Assembly (NCBI GenBank): GCA_028714495.1 | Contig: JAQTMH010000002.1 | Coordinates: 7,219-71,218 of the forward strand | Length of the DNA stretch: 64,000 nucleotides | Source: Patescibacteria group bacterium | Lineage (GTDB): Bacteria > Patescibacteriota > Patescibacteriia > JAHIZJ01 | Reading direction: 5' to 3' | Translations under genes and position numbers: made by a program | Shown: positions 9,228-18,209 of the stretch, piece by piece | Layout of the letters: every line of letters starts with the position of its first letter | Numbering within the stretch: position 1 is the stretch's first letter | Notes under the pieces: model-generated | Told to the model about the DNA's origin: nothing | The model's input: the letters and a program-made list of their open reading frames with translations, nothing else | The model's database searches: none

Positions 9228-11987
9228 TTATTTCCCATGACACTTTTTAAACTTCTTGCCGGAGCCACAAGGGCAGGGGTCGTTGCGGCCGATTTTTGAG
9301 CCGTCTTTGAGTCGCAACCTGCCTCCCTTAATTACCGTTCCGTCAATCGGTCCAGGCTTGGTCACGGTAGCGTCTTCTCCCGACGACACTTCATTATTTT
9401 TCTCAACCGGCGCCTGGGTCTGAATTTGCTGGAATTGTCCCCGGCCCTCCTGCATGGTCTTTGACGGGCCTGATTCGACTACTGGCCGCTGTTTTAAATC
9501 TTCCGGAGCCGCGTCCTTGGCTAGGCCAATCTTATAAATGCTGTAAACGACCTGGCTCTGGACGCTGGCGATCAGGCGCGAGAACATGTCAAAAGCCTCT
9601 TTTTTGTACTCAATCAGGGGGTCGCGCTGGCCATAACCGCGCAGGCCGATTCCCCTGCGCAAATAGTCGATCTCCTCGAGATGCTCCATCCAAAGAACAT
9701 CAATCGCCCGGAGCATGATCGCTCCTTCAATCTGATGCATGAGTTCGGGGTTATTGATTTTCTTCAACAACTGGTCATAGGCCTGATGAGCCAGCTCAGC
9801 GCAATAATTGTTCAGCTCGGTGCGAAGCTGGGCGACTTGCAACTTATTGCCCATGGCTGAAACCATCTGCTGCATTTTTTGCGGAACTTCGGAAGAAACG
9901 GGGAAGATTGTTGCCAGAACTTCGCATATTTCTTTAATATTCCAGTTCTCCCCTTTTTCATCCGAGGTATGGAAAAGAATTACCTGTTCAATCTCGTTTC
10001 CGACCATTTCCAGGATTTTTTCCCGAAGCTGCCCCTCATGTTCAGCCGCGTCCAAAATATCATTACGCTTTCGGTAAATTACTTCGCGATGCTTGTTAAT
10101 CACGTCATCGTATTCGACCAAGCGCTTTCGAATATCGAAATTGTAACCCTCAACCTTCCGCTGGGCCGACTCGATTGATTTTGAAATCATCCGGTTTTCA
10201 ATCGGCATGTCGTCCGGCACGCCCAGGCGCTCCATTATTTTCTTCAAACGCTCCGAGCCGAAAATCCTCATTAAATCATCGTCCAGCGAAACGTAAAAAC
10301 GCGACGCCCCGGGATCGCCCTGACGGCCAGACCGGCCGCGCAATTGATTGTCTATGCGACGGGCTTCGTGCCGCTCCGTGCCGATGACATAGAGTCCGCC
10401 CTCCTCAATCACTTTTTTGGCGTCGGCTTCGTCAAACGGCGTTCCGCCGAGCTTAATGTCCACGCCGCGGCCAGCCATGTTCGTAGCAATCGTAACCGCT
10501 CCGGGCTGGCCAGCCTGGGATATAATATTGGCCTCTTTTTCATGCTGCTTGGCGTTTAATATCTGGTGCGGGATTCCCTCGCGCTCCAGCGCTTCGCTCA
10601 AGCGCTCGTTTTTTTCTATGGAAATCGTGCCGACTAATACCGGCCGGCCCTTTTCGTGATTGCGCCTGATGTCTTCGATCACCGCTTGGAATTTGGCGGC
10701 CTCGGTTTTATATATATAATCACTGTTGTCTTTGCGAATCATCGGCTTGTGGGTCGGGATGATAACCACATCGAGACTGTAAATTTTCGAGAATTCCTCG
10801 GCCTCGGTCGCGGCCGTACCAGTCATGCCGGCTAATTTACTGTATATTCGAAAAAGGTTCTGGAAGGTGATCGTAGCCATGGTCCGGCTTTCCTGCCTGA
10901 TCGTTACTCCCTCCTTCGCCTCAATCGCCTGATGGAGTCCTTCGGAATACCGCCGGCCCGGCATCATTCGGCCGGTAAATTCATCAACGATAATCACCTC
11001 GCCCTCGCGCACCACGTAATCCTTGTCGCGTTTGTACAGGGCATAGGCCCGGAGCGCCTGTTCGATATGATGGACGTATTCTATGCCGCCGGTTACGTAG
11101 ATATTGCCGACTCCCAGCCACTTTTCCATTTTTTCAATGCCCGCTTCAGTTAAAGTGGCGGTCCGCATTTTTTCGTCAATGTTGTAATCTTCATTTTCCT
11201 TGAGCCGCGGGATCAGCTGGGCGAATTTGTAATACAGCTCATTTGACTCTTCGGCCGGGGAAGAGATAATCAAGGGCGTCCGGGCTTCGTCTATTAATAT
11301 GCTGTCCACCTCGTCAACGATGGCGTAATTGAGTTCGCGCTGGACCTTCTGCCTTTTGGAACTCACCATGTTGTCGCGCAAATAGTCAAAGCCAAATTCG
11401 TTGTTAGTGCCATAGGTAATATCAGCCAGGTAGGCTTCGGCGCGGCTGACCGGCCGCAGATACTTCATCGACTCTTCCCCTTCGGTATATTCGGGATCAA
11501 AAAGAAAAGCGGTTTCGTGCTGGATGCAGCCGATTGACAAGCCAAGTTTGTAATAAATCGGGCCCATCCAAACCGTATCGCGCCTGGCTAAATAATCATT
11601 TACGGTAATCAAATGCGCGCCTTTACCCGCGAGAGCGTTCAAAAAAAGCGGCAAGGTGGCGACCAGGGTTTTTCCTTCACCCGTCCGCATCTCCGTAATT
11701 TTGCCACGATGCAACACGATACCGCCCAATATTTGAACATCAAAAGGCCTCATGCTGACAAACCTTTTAGCTGATTCGCGCGCCAACGCAAAAGCCTCTG
11801 GCATTATATCGTCCAGAGACTTCCCCTGCTTCAATTGTTGCTTTAGCTCCTCGGTTTTTCTCCTTAGTCCCTCGTCATTCAAGCGTTTTATGCCAGGCTC
11901 AAAGGCATTGACTTTTAGAACCTCCTGCTCGAATTTAGCTACGATTCGCTTATTCGCGTCGCCGAAAAGCTTAGAAAGAAACGGCAT
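9228..11987 (-). CDS. secA: Preprotein translocase ATPase SecA
   Basis: 919 aa with DEAD-like motor motifs and a C-terminal zinc-binding tail CPCGSGKKFKKCHGK. Typical SecA N-terminus LSKLFGDANKR. Confidence 0.95.
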   Translation of the reverse strand: MPFLSKLFGDANKRIVAKFEQEVLKVNAFEPGIKRLNDEGLRRKTEELKQQLKQGKSLDDIMPEAFALARESAKRFVSMRPFDVQILGGIVLHRGKITEMRTGEGKTLVATLPLFLNALAGKGAHLITVNDYLARRDTVWMGPIYYKLGLSIGCIQHETAFLFDPEYTEGEESMKYLRPVSRAEAYLADITYGTNNEFGFDYLRDNMVSSKRQKVQRELNYAIVDEVDSILIDEARTPLIISSPAEESNELYYKFAQLIPRLKENEDYNIDEKMRTATLTEAGIEKMEKWLGVGNIYVTGGIEYVHHIEQALRAYALYKRDKDYVVREGEVIIVDEFTGRMMPGRRYSEGLHQAIEAKEGVTIRQESRTMATITFQNLFRIYSKLAGMTGTAATEAEEFSKIYSLDVVIIPTHKPMIRKDNSDYIYKTEAAKFQAVIEDIRRNHEKGRPVLVGTISIEKNERLSEALEREGIPHQILNAKQHEKEANIISQAGQPGAVTIATNMAGRGVDIKLGGTPFDEADAKKVIEEGGLYVIGTERHEARRIDNQLRGRSGRQGDPGASRFYVSLDDDLMRIFGSERLKKIMERLGVPDDMPIENRMISKSIESAQRKVEGYNFDIRKRLVEYDDVINKHREVIYRKRNDILDAAEHEGQLREKILEMVGNEIEQVILFHTSDEKGENWNIKEICEVLATIFPVSSEVPQKMQQMVSAMGNKLQVAQLRTELNNYCAELAHQAYDQLLKKINNPELMHQIEGAIMLRAIDVLWMEHLEEIDYLRRGIGLRGYGQRDPLIEYKKEAFDMFSRLIASVQSQVVYSIYKIGLAKDAAPEDLKQRPVVESGPSKTMQEGRGQFQQIQTQAPVEKNNEVSSGEDATVTKPGPIDGTVIKGGRLRLKDGSKIGRNDPCPCGSGKKFKKCHGK

Positions 11988-12396
11988 AATTGCGTTTTAC
12001 TAGTTTAATGAACCCGTCCGCCGTATCAGCGTCCAAAGACAGTCGCTCCATGGGGCATAAATCCCGAAGATTCTTATCCAATATTCGGTCAACTTTTTTA
12101 AGGTAATTGACAGGTATCCGGCTGGACCTCAGAATTTCTATGGCGGGCCGGCTGATAATCGGAGTATTAACCTTACGAAATTTGACTGAAATAATCAAGA
12201 AGGCCGCCGCCCGGCCGACGACTTTATCGTAGATTTCCGCGCCAGCCACCTCTTCTTTTGACAATTGATGAATTGCCTGCCATAACGGACTTATTCCGCC
12301 CATATTTGAACGGAATAAGACTTTGTTTCTCTGGGTAATAACAATTGACCAGGGTCCGGCATTAAACCGTTCCAGGTCAGATTTAGTTTTGGTCAT
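11971..12396 (-). CDS. Hypothetical protein
   Basis: ORF track 141 aa. No family recognised. Confidence 0.4.
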   Translation of the reverse strand: MTKTKSDLERFNAGPWSIVITQRNKVLFRSNMGGISPLWQAIHQLSKEEVAGAEIYDKVVGRAAAFLIISVKFRKVNTPIISRPAIEILRSSRIPVNYLKKVDRILDKNLRDLCPMERLSLDADTADGFIKLVKRNYAVSF

Positions 12397-12941
12397 TTAT
12401 TATCCTTTTCCAGATAATGAAACAGCCATTTAACCAGTATGACGACTAGAGCGAATTGGATCAATATTCCAGGCCAGCCGACCTTTACCACGTTGACAAT
12501 GATATCCATGAATCCGATTTTTGAGCCGAGAAACAGCGCGGCCACAGCCAGAGCTAACCGACCGATCACCATCGCGCCAATTAATGAAACCCAGGTATTC
12601 ATCTTCAATGGACCTCTTAATACCCCCGCTGATAAACCGTAGGCGGCGATTTCGACTGTAATTTGGGGCAGTACCGGAAGCAGGGGCATGCCCGAAACTA
12701 AATAACTGACCAGGGGCGTAATAATCCCGACAGCCAGACCGACTCGCCAGCCGGCTAACAAGGCAGCCACTAACACAAAAAAGTGCATGGGCAGATAGAC
12801 CGAGCCGGCCAGATTGAATTGATGGGCTACCCAGGGCAATCCGACTGACAAGGCCGTGAAAATAGTTGAGAATAAGGCCCATTTAAGCGTGGATAGTTTT
12901 ACGGTTGTTCTGGAATAGATTTGGGCAGGCGAATTAAACAT
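12393..12941 (-). CDS. Membrane protein, ECF-transporter S-component-like (substrate unknown)
   Basis: 182 aa, about 5-6 TM helices, Gly/Pro-rich helices (GIITPLVSYLVSGMPLLP) resembling ECF substrate-capture components. It sits downstream of the polyamine operon. Confidence 0.4.
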   Translation of the reverse strand: MFNSPAQIYSRTTVKLSTLKWALFSTIFTALSVGLPWVAHQFNLAGSVYLPMHFFVLVAALLAGWRVGLAVGIITPLVSYLVSGMPLLPVLPQITVEIAAYGLSAGVLRGPLKMNTWVSLIGAMVIGRLALAVAALFLGSKIGFMDIIVNVVKVGWPGILIQFALVVILVKWLFHYLEKDNK

Positions 12942-12951
12942 ATATTTTCTC

Positions 12952-13842
12952 CTATTTATTACGCAGTAGATTTATTATTATATGATAGGTTAATTTTGCC
13001 GCTAAAAAATTCGGGGCGTCGAGACCGGGAATCGGCTTTAATTCCACGACATCAGCGCCGACTAGATTGACCTTGGCCGCGACTTTATTGATAATCTCCA
13101 AAACCTGATACCAGCCCAAGCCGCCTGGTTCGGGCGTGCCAACTGACGGCATAATCGACGGATCCAGGCAATCAAGGTCAAAGGTTAAATAAACGTTTTT
13201 GGTTAATCCTTTTAAAATCTTTTCAAGTGGCGGAATCTCCGGCGCAAAATAGATATTCTTTAATTTCTTCGCCTTGATATATTCCCGCACCTCTGGATTC
13301 ATGTTCCGAATGCCGATCGAGACAAAAGGTATTTTCAACTCACTGATCCGCCGCATAGTACAGGCATGGGAATATTTTGTTCCATCAAGCGAATTCATCA
13401 AATCAGTATGGGCGTCTAAGTGGAGAATTGAGATATCTCTGTATTTCTTCCTGAGCGCCCTGACCGCGCCGATGGTAATCGTATGCTCGCCACCAAGCAT
13501 TAATGGAATTTTATTGTGCCTGATTACTTCATTATTAACCGCCTGTTCAATTCCTGCTATCGCTTCCAGCGCTGAATTTTTCGAAACATTCACTTCATCT
13601 AGCGTAAATATATCAGTCGCGTGTAAACCTATGACTTCCCCGGTTTCTTTCGGATCATCCAGCTCGTCCAGTTCCCGCGAACTCTCAATGATCGCCTGCG
13701 GTCCGGCGCTCGTCCCGGTTCCGGATGAAACGGTTGCTTCATAGGGAATGGGTAAAACAACGACTTTAGCGGCGCTGAAATCCTGCCTTTTAATCGTGCC
13801 GAAATTAAACGGCCAAAGATCGTAAAGTTTTTTCATTATCAA
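12952..13842 (-). CDS. speB: Agmatinase / ureohydrolase (arginase family)
   Basis: Arginase-family Mn-binding motifs GGEHTITIG, LHLDAHTDL and TFDLDCLDPS. Confidence 0.75.
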   Translation of the reverse strand: MIMKKLYDLWPFNFGTIKRQDFSAAKVVVLPIPYEATVSSGTGTSAGPQAIIESSRELDELDDPKETGEVIGLHATDIFTLDEVNVSKNSALEAIAGIEQAVNNEVIRHNKIPLMLGGEHTITIGAVRALRKKYRDISILHLDAHTDLMNSLDGTKYSHACTMRRISELKIPFVSIGIRNMNPEVREYIKAKKLKNIYFAPEIPPLEKILKGLTKNVYLTFDLDCLDPSIMPSVGTPEPGGLGWYQVLEIINKVAAKVNLVGADVVELKPIPGLDAPNFLAAKLTYHIIINLLRNK

Positions 13843-14965
13843 AATTCTTCTTAATCTTCTTTTTAGCCTTATCTAATCTTTCAATCGCGCCCTTAATCAA
13901 TAGCGGCCAGACCATGGTGGCGTCGCTTAAAACCTCCGCTTGCTGGCCACCGTTTTTTTGGTCAACAAACTTCCCCCATGATACTCCCTCGGAATAGGTA
14001 CAACCGGATAAACCGCCCCAATTAACCGGCTCGGGACAAATTCTTACTCCGTATTTGTATGGTTTCCAATAAGGACTCTTTTCATCAAAATATTTTTCCT
14101 TTTTTGATTTATCCACGATACGGTAGCGTATCAAATCCAGATACGGCGCGACTTGCTGAGCCCAATTGCGCGGCACGCCTCCGCCGATGGTAAAAATCCC
14201 GGTAGTTTTTTGGCGGAAAATCAATTCGGTAAAGTGCTCCAGGTCGGCGAAAGGATTGTAATTAAGCGGTTTTTTATTGGCTAGTTTTCGCCTTCTGTTA
14301 TAAAGAGCGAAATCGAGACCCAGCTCTGAATCAGTAAGCGCCGGGATATAAACCGGGATGTTGTTCTCAAAAGCGCTTTTTAATATGCCCCGTCCCTGAC
14401 TTTGCTTATGTAGATATTCACCAATACTCTGAGACAATAGGCGCGAGCAAATCGTATCCTCAGGAGTGAATTCCACGAATACTTTGTCCACAATTTCATT
14501 AAGGTCGTCTAGGTTTTTCTCGACCTCCAAAGTGTCGTAAACCCGATCAAAACCCTCCTTGTATAATACCTTATCCGACACGTCAAAATCATACTTGAAG
14601 TGAGTCATGCCGGTATTTTCGACCAGTCCGTGGGTAATTAGCGCTCCAGTAGAAACAATCGCCTGAACCATTCCTCTTTCGATCATCTCACAGATAATCA
14701 AGCCCATCTTGGCCACCGTCATGGCTCCAGATAAAGTCATAACCACGAAACAGTCCGGATCGGTAACCATATTATAAAATACGTCAGCCGCCTCGCCCAG
14801 TTTCCTCCCGCCAAAGGACGTCTTCGACATAGCCTGAAGCAACTCATCGGCATTATGAATCTTATTTAAATCCAACGATTCAACCGGCGTGAAATTAAGG
14901 TGCTTTGCTGAATTTGCCCCTCCAGGCGATTGTGCGCGTTTCCTCATAGTTTTATTACCAACCAA
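13805..14965 (-). CDS. Deoxyhypusine synthase-like protein (DHS / homospermidine synthase-like, NAD-dependent)
   Basis: MVTDPDCFVVMTLSGAMTVAKMGLIICEMIERGMVQAIVSTGALITHGLVE matches the DHS family core. Confidence 0.7.
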   Translation of the reverse strand: MVGNKTMRKRAQSPGGANSAKHLNFTPVESLDLNKIHNADELLQAMSKTSFGGRKLGEAADVFYNMVTDPDCFVVMTLSGAMTVAKMGLIICEMIERGMVQAIVSTGALITHGLVENTGMTHFKYDFDVSDKVLYKEGFDRVYDTLEVEKNLDDLNEIVDKVFVEFTPEDTICSRLLSQSIGEYLHKQSQGRGILKSAFENNIPVYIPALTDSELGLDFALYNRRRKLANKKPLNYNPFADLEHFTELIFRQKTTGIFTIGGGVPRNWAQQVAPYLDLIRYRIVDKSKKEKYFDEKSPYWKPYKYGVRICPEPVNWGGLSGCTYSEGVSWGKFVDQKNGGQQAEVLSDATMVWPLLIKGAIERLDKAKKKIKKNFDNEKTLRSLAV

Positions 14966-16481
14966 ATAATTTTGTTATATCATCTGGTGTTTGCCGCCTG
15001 ACCGCCACTTTTATTTCTCCATTCCGGGCCACGATTTTTGCCGGCGAGGACAGCAGGCAGTGGTTACAGGCTAATGAATCCTGATAAGCGCCAGTGCTTA
15101 GAAAGGCGATGTATTGAGCTTCACCTTCGGGCAGGTATTCCAAATTTGGCAATAATACGTAAGTTCCATTGGCCGTATATTTATCATCCGAGTCGCAGCT
15201 CGATCCGGCCACCCAGCTTCGGATTAACTTCCTTCCCGAATAATTCAAATGGTTTACCGGTACGACGTGCCACCTCTGATGAATCGTCCAAGTGTCCGGT
15301 AAATCATTCATGAAACTGCCGTTGATCACCTGCCATTTTTTGGCATTGCCATGGATAATTTTTTTTTCGCCGATAACCTTATAAATGGTCACCTGGGCGG
15401 GCGACACCATGAATCTGCCCCATTCACAGACAATATTGGGATGAGGGATGTCGTATTTATCAGCCTTAGATTGGAGAAAGCGGATTATCTTTCTGGCTAG
15501 GCCTTCAAAGCCGTAACGCTTTTGCAAGTCATAAGGAATCGGCATGCCTCCGCCGATATCAATCGTATCAAGCGAGGGATTGTGCTTTTTCAGCTCGGCG
15601 TATATCTTAAAACATTTTTTCAAAGGGGTCATCAGATCGTGCATATGCTCGACTTGCGAACCCACGTGATAGTGAATCAGGCAAAGGTTTCTTATTTTTT
15701 TCATTTTCAATACTTCATCAGTGGTCAAACCATAACGGTTTATCTTTTTATCCCAGTGCGAGGTAACCTTCACATCTAAATCAACCCGGACGCCGAGCTC
15801 CCCTTTATACTTCGAAAAAAATTCCAGTTCGTTGGTATCTTCGATAACCGGTATTATCTTTAAATTTTTGCCTTGCAGCTCTTCGATTAATTCCAGATAT
15901 TCGCGGGTCTTTGGTCCGTTGCAAATAACTCTAATGCTCGGCAAAAAGCTGTTTTGTTCCCAGAGTTTTTTTACCAGGTACAGTTCATTATAGGAAGCCG
16001 TCTCTAGATTCGCGCCCTCGGAAACCATCGATAGGATCACTTCCTTGTTCTGGTTCACTTTCATCGGGTAGTGATAGAAAAATTTTCCGTGGTAACGATG
16101 GTATTTTATTAACAGATTAAAAAGGTCAATTAAATTTTGCAGACGATCTTTTACGATAAACGGAAAAAATATCTCAACCGGCGTTCCATATTTTTCGACG
16201 ATATCCTTTACTGTGTATTGATAATTCCCTTCCTTGACAACCAGATTGCCGTCACGACTGACGTCAAAATAATCCGTATGAAAATCCTTTTGACCGAGAC
16301 GCCAAAAATTTCTCAGACGCTTGAGCTGAATTTGTTTTATCAGGGTTTCTGTCTCGGCAATTTCTTCGCGGCCGTTCTTCGCTGCGACTGGTGGCTCAGA
16401 CGGTTTATCCGTTTTAATCGGCCGACCATTTTTTTCTGGCGACTTTATCTCAACTTCAGTCGCTATCTTTGTTTGATTAAT
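14955..16481 (-). CDS. speA: SpeA-type biosynthetic arginine decarboxylase (PLP fold-III Orn/DAP/Arg decarboxylase). The ATG-initiated ORF (start 16064) is N-terminally truncated; the frame is open upstream to 16508
   Basis: The track ORF begins inside the PLP-lysine motif (YHYPMKVNQNKEV, equivalent to YPIKVNQ). The in-frame upstream translation has no stop for about 148 codons. It reads RNFWRLGQKDFHTDYFDVSRDGNLVVKEGNYQYTVKDIVEKYGTPVEIFFPFIVKDRLQNL, which matches the SpeA N-terminal region. GGG motif DIGGGMPI and EPGR-like CEWGRFMV are further downstream. There is no in-frame ATG/GTG/TTG upstream. Candidate AUU start at 16481-16479 is preceded by AAGGAG. The end coordinate is uncertain. Confidence 0.65.
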   Translation of the reverse strand: MNQTKIATEVEIKSPEKNGRPIKTDKPSEPPVAAKNGREEIAETETLIKQIQLKRLRNFWRLGQKDFHTDYFDVSRDGNLVVKEGNYQYTVKDIVEKYGTPVEIFFPFIVKDRLQNLIDLFNLLIKYHRYHGKFFYHYPMKVNQNKEVILSMVSEGANLETASYNELYLVKKLWEQNSFLPSIRVICNGPKTREYLELIEELQGKNLKIIPVIEDTNELEFFSKYKGELGVRVDLDVKVTSHWDKKINRYGLTTDEVLKMKKIRNLCLIHYHVGSQVEHMHDLMTPLKKCFKIYAELKKHNPSLDTIDIGGGMPIPYDLQKRYGFEGLARKIIRFLQSKADKYDIPHPNIVCEWGRFMVSPAQVTIYKVIGEKKIIHGNAKKWQVINGSFMNDLPDTWTIHQRWHVVPVNHLNYSGRKLIRSWVAGSSCDSDDKYTANGTYVLLPNLEYLPEGEAQYIAFLSTGAYQDSLACNHCLLSSPAKIVARNGEIKVAVRRQTPDDITKLFGW

Positions 16482-16537
16482 TTCCTTAGCTCCTTTTTTG
16501 GTAAATAATTATTTTAACAACTTTAATAACATTGATT

Positions 16538-16906
16538 CTATTTACTCGCTTGTGGATAACTTTTATCAAAATTTTTATCTGAAGACTTCCTCAATTTTCG
16601 CATCCGACGCGAATATTTTTTTTCTTTGTAACGAATTAGTTGGTTGGCTATTTTTTCATAAGCCAAGTCTATCGCCTCATGCATTTCCGAAGCCTTGATT
16701 CCGGTTTCCAGCGTTTTTTCCGGTAAATATAGCCAAATTTCAACGCGATTGATATCTCCAGATTTTTGATTCCGGTCAAAGTCAAGCTCTACCTTCGCTT
16801 TCAAAATTTCCCGATAATATTTTTCCAGATGAGAAATTTTATCAGTCACGTAACTTTTTAGCGAAGGCGTTAATTTAAAATTTTTTCCTGTTAAAATTAT
16901 TTTCAT
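16538..16906 (-). CDS. hpf: Ribosome hibernation promoting factor / RaiA (sigma-54 modulation protein family)
   Basis: MKIILTGKNFKLTPSLKSYVTDKISHLEKYY...VELDF is typical of HPF/YfiA. Confidence 0.8.
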   Translation of the reverse strand: MKIILTGKNFKLTPSLKSYVTDKISHLEKYYREILKAKVELDFDRNQKSGDINRVEIWLYLPEKTLETGIKASEMHEAIDLAYEKIANQLIRYKEKKYSRRMRKLRKSSDKNFDKSYPQASK

Positions 16907-16981
16907 ATAATAACTATTTCAACTTCCCTAGTATAAAATTTTATTCCAAAAAAAGCAAGGCCTCAAACTAACCGGCCTTGA

Positions 16982-17449
16982 TCAAATTACGGCTCCGGAT
17001 TTCATTTTATTTATTTTTTTCGGCTTGGTAATATTCGGAGGATGGTTGTATATGGGTTTTACAAATTCTGTTTTACTGATTTTTCCCAGTCGCATCCTAT
17101 CAAAAACATTTTTAATCATGAAATCACCTGTTTTGGCAACGGCATATAACGGCATCTGAAGAGAAAAATGCAACGCGTTGGCTATGGCCACGCTGACTCG
17201 CACTGCCGTGAATGGTCCCGGCCCCTTCACCACGACCAGTCCTGTTAAGTCTCTAAGCTTGATATTCTTGCGATGAAGAAAGCGCTTCAAGGTGACCAGA
17301 AGCTCGTCCCTATTTTGATAATCTGTGGCTGATTTAAACGCGTAATATCTCTGGCCCAAGATTAGCCCAAATTCAACTTTGTCTTGACCCGTAGCATCAA
17401 TTATCAATATTTTATTGCTTCGTTTTTTTGGTCTATTCTCATTTGCCAT
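16982..17449 (-). CDS. tsaB: tRNA threonylcarbamoyladenosine biosynthesis protein TsaB-like (YeaZ N-terminal domain, short form)
   Basis: ILIIDATGQDKVEFGLIL...LTGLVVVKGPGPFTAVRVSVAIANAL resembles the TsaB/YeaZ N-lobe. Confidence 0.55.
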   Translation of the reverse strand: MANENRPKKRSNKILIIDATGQDKVEFGLILGQRYYAFKSATDYQNRDELLVTLKRFLHRKNIKLRDLTGLVVVKGPGPFTAVRVSVAIANALHFSLQMPLYAVAKTGDFMIKNVFDRMRLGKISKTEFVKPIYNHPPNITKPKKINKMKSGAVI

Positions 17450-17538
17450 AATAACCGGCCTGATAAGCTAAATAAAATTATTCAAGCCTAAGCGGCCCAA
17501 ATTATATTTGCTAATTAATGACTGTGATCGAAATACCT

Positions 17539-18111
17539 TCAGGGCTTTTTAGATTTTCTAAGTTTATCAACGACCACTATTTTTTTATTTTCCAAAACTT
17601 GAAAAAGGAATCTGTCGGTTAACTGCCGCCGGTATTCGAATTCCTTTACAGTCATAATCGTGTAATTGATGTCGTGGTCAAAATATTCCTGAAATTTTTT
17701 CATCAGCCGACTGAGTTTTTGGCGATTTACCTGGCCCACGAGCAAGAGATCGGTGGCAATATCTTTCCGGCCGACAAATTGTCCGGTTAAAACTAAAAAG
17801 CTGATTTTGCCTAATTGACTGATCGCCCGCGTAAAATTTTTCTCCAGCATGACCTGGGCCTTCAGCATCAATGATTTAAGCTCGGGATAGAGCGGGAAAT
17901 CTTTTTTTAAAGTGTAATATTTCTTGCGCTTACTTTCACGCGTTTCAACTATCCCCATTTCTTCAAGGTTGTTTAGTTCCTGGCGGACGCTGTTGATGCG
18001 CTGGTTTATTTTTCGCGTAAGTTCACGGACAAAATATGGTTGATCGGGATTAGAAAAAAATAGTCTAAATAGCTTTACCCGCGTTACTGAACCAAATAAT
18101 TGTTCAAGCAT
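17539..18111 (-). CDS. Winged-helix (HTH) transcriptional regulator, hypothetical
   Basis: N-terminal VTRVKLFRLFFSNPDQPYFVRELTRKINQRINSVRQELNNLEEMGIV winged-helix pattern. Divergently arranged with the PP2C-like gene. Confidence 0.45.
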   Translation of the reverse strand: MLEQLFGSVTRVKLFRLFFSNPDQPYFVRELTRKINQRINSVRQELNNLEEMGIVETRESKRKKYYTLKKDFPLYPELKSLMLKAQVMLEKNFTRAISQLGKISFLVLTGQFVGRKDIATDLLLVGQVNRQKLSRLMKKFQEYFDHDINYTIMTVKEFEYRRQLTDRFLFQVLENKKIVVVDKLRKSKKP

Positions 18112-18209
18112 TTTATTCTAAACTATTATATTAATTTACACAGTCAGTATAGGCCATTGTTGCCTGGCTGTAAAGAAAATATATTATCCTTGCCTTTATC
18201 CAAAATATA

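Noticed and set aside
9461-10659. Several 70-99-aa plus-strand ORFs inside secA
   Set aside because: They are antisense to the well-supported 919-aa SecA ORF. Compositionally Arg/Ser/Pro-rich.
12430-12882. Alternative-frame 150-aa minus ORF inside the ECF-S-like membrane protein gene
   Set aside because: Same strand, different frame. Product Arg/Gly/Ser-rich without hydrophobic helices. The 182-aa frame gives a coherent TM protein.
16137-16508. Plus-strand 123-aa ORF between the arginine decarboxylase and hpf
   Set aside because: Low-complexity, Phe/Leu/Arg-rich product. It lies exactly antisense to the in-frame N-terminal extension of the speA-type gene, whose translation is strongly SpeA-like, so it is an antisense artefact.
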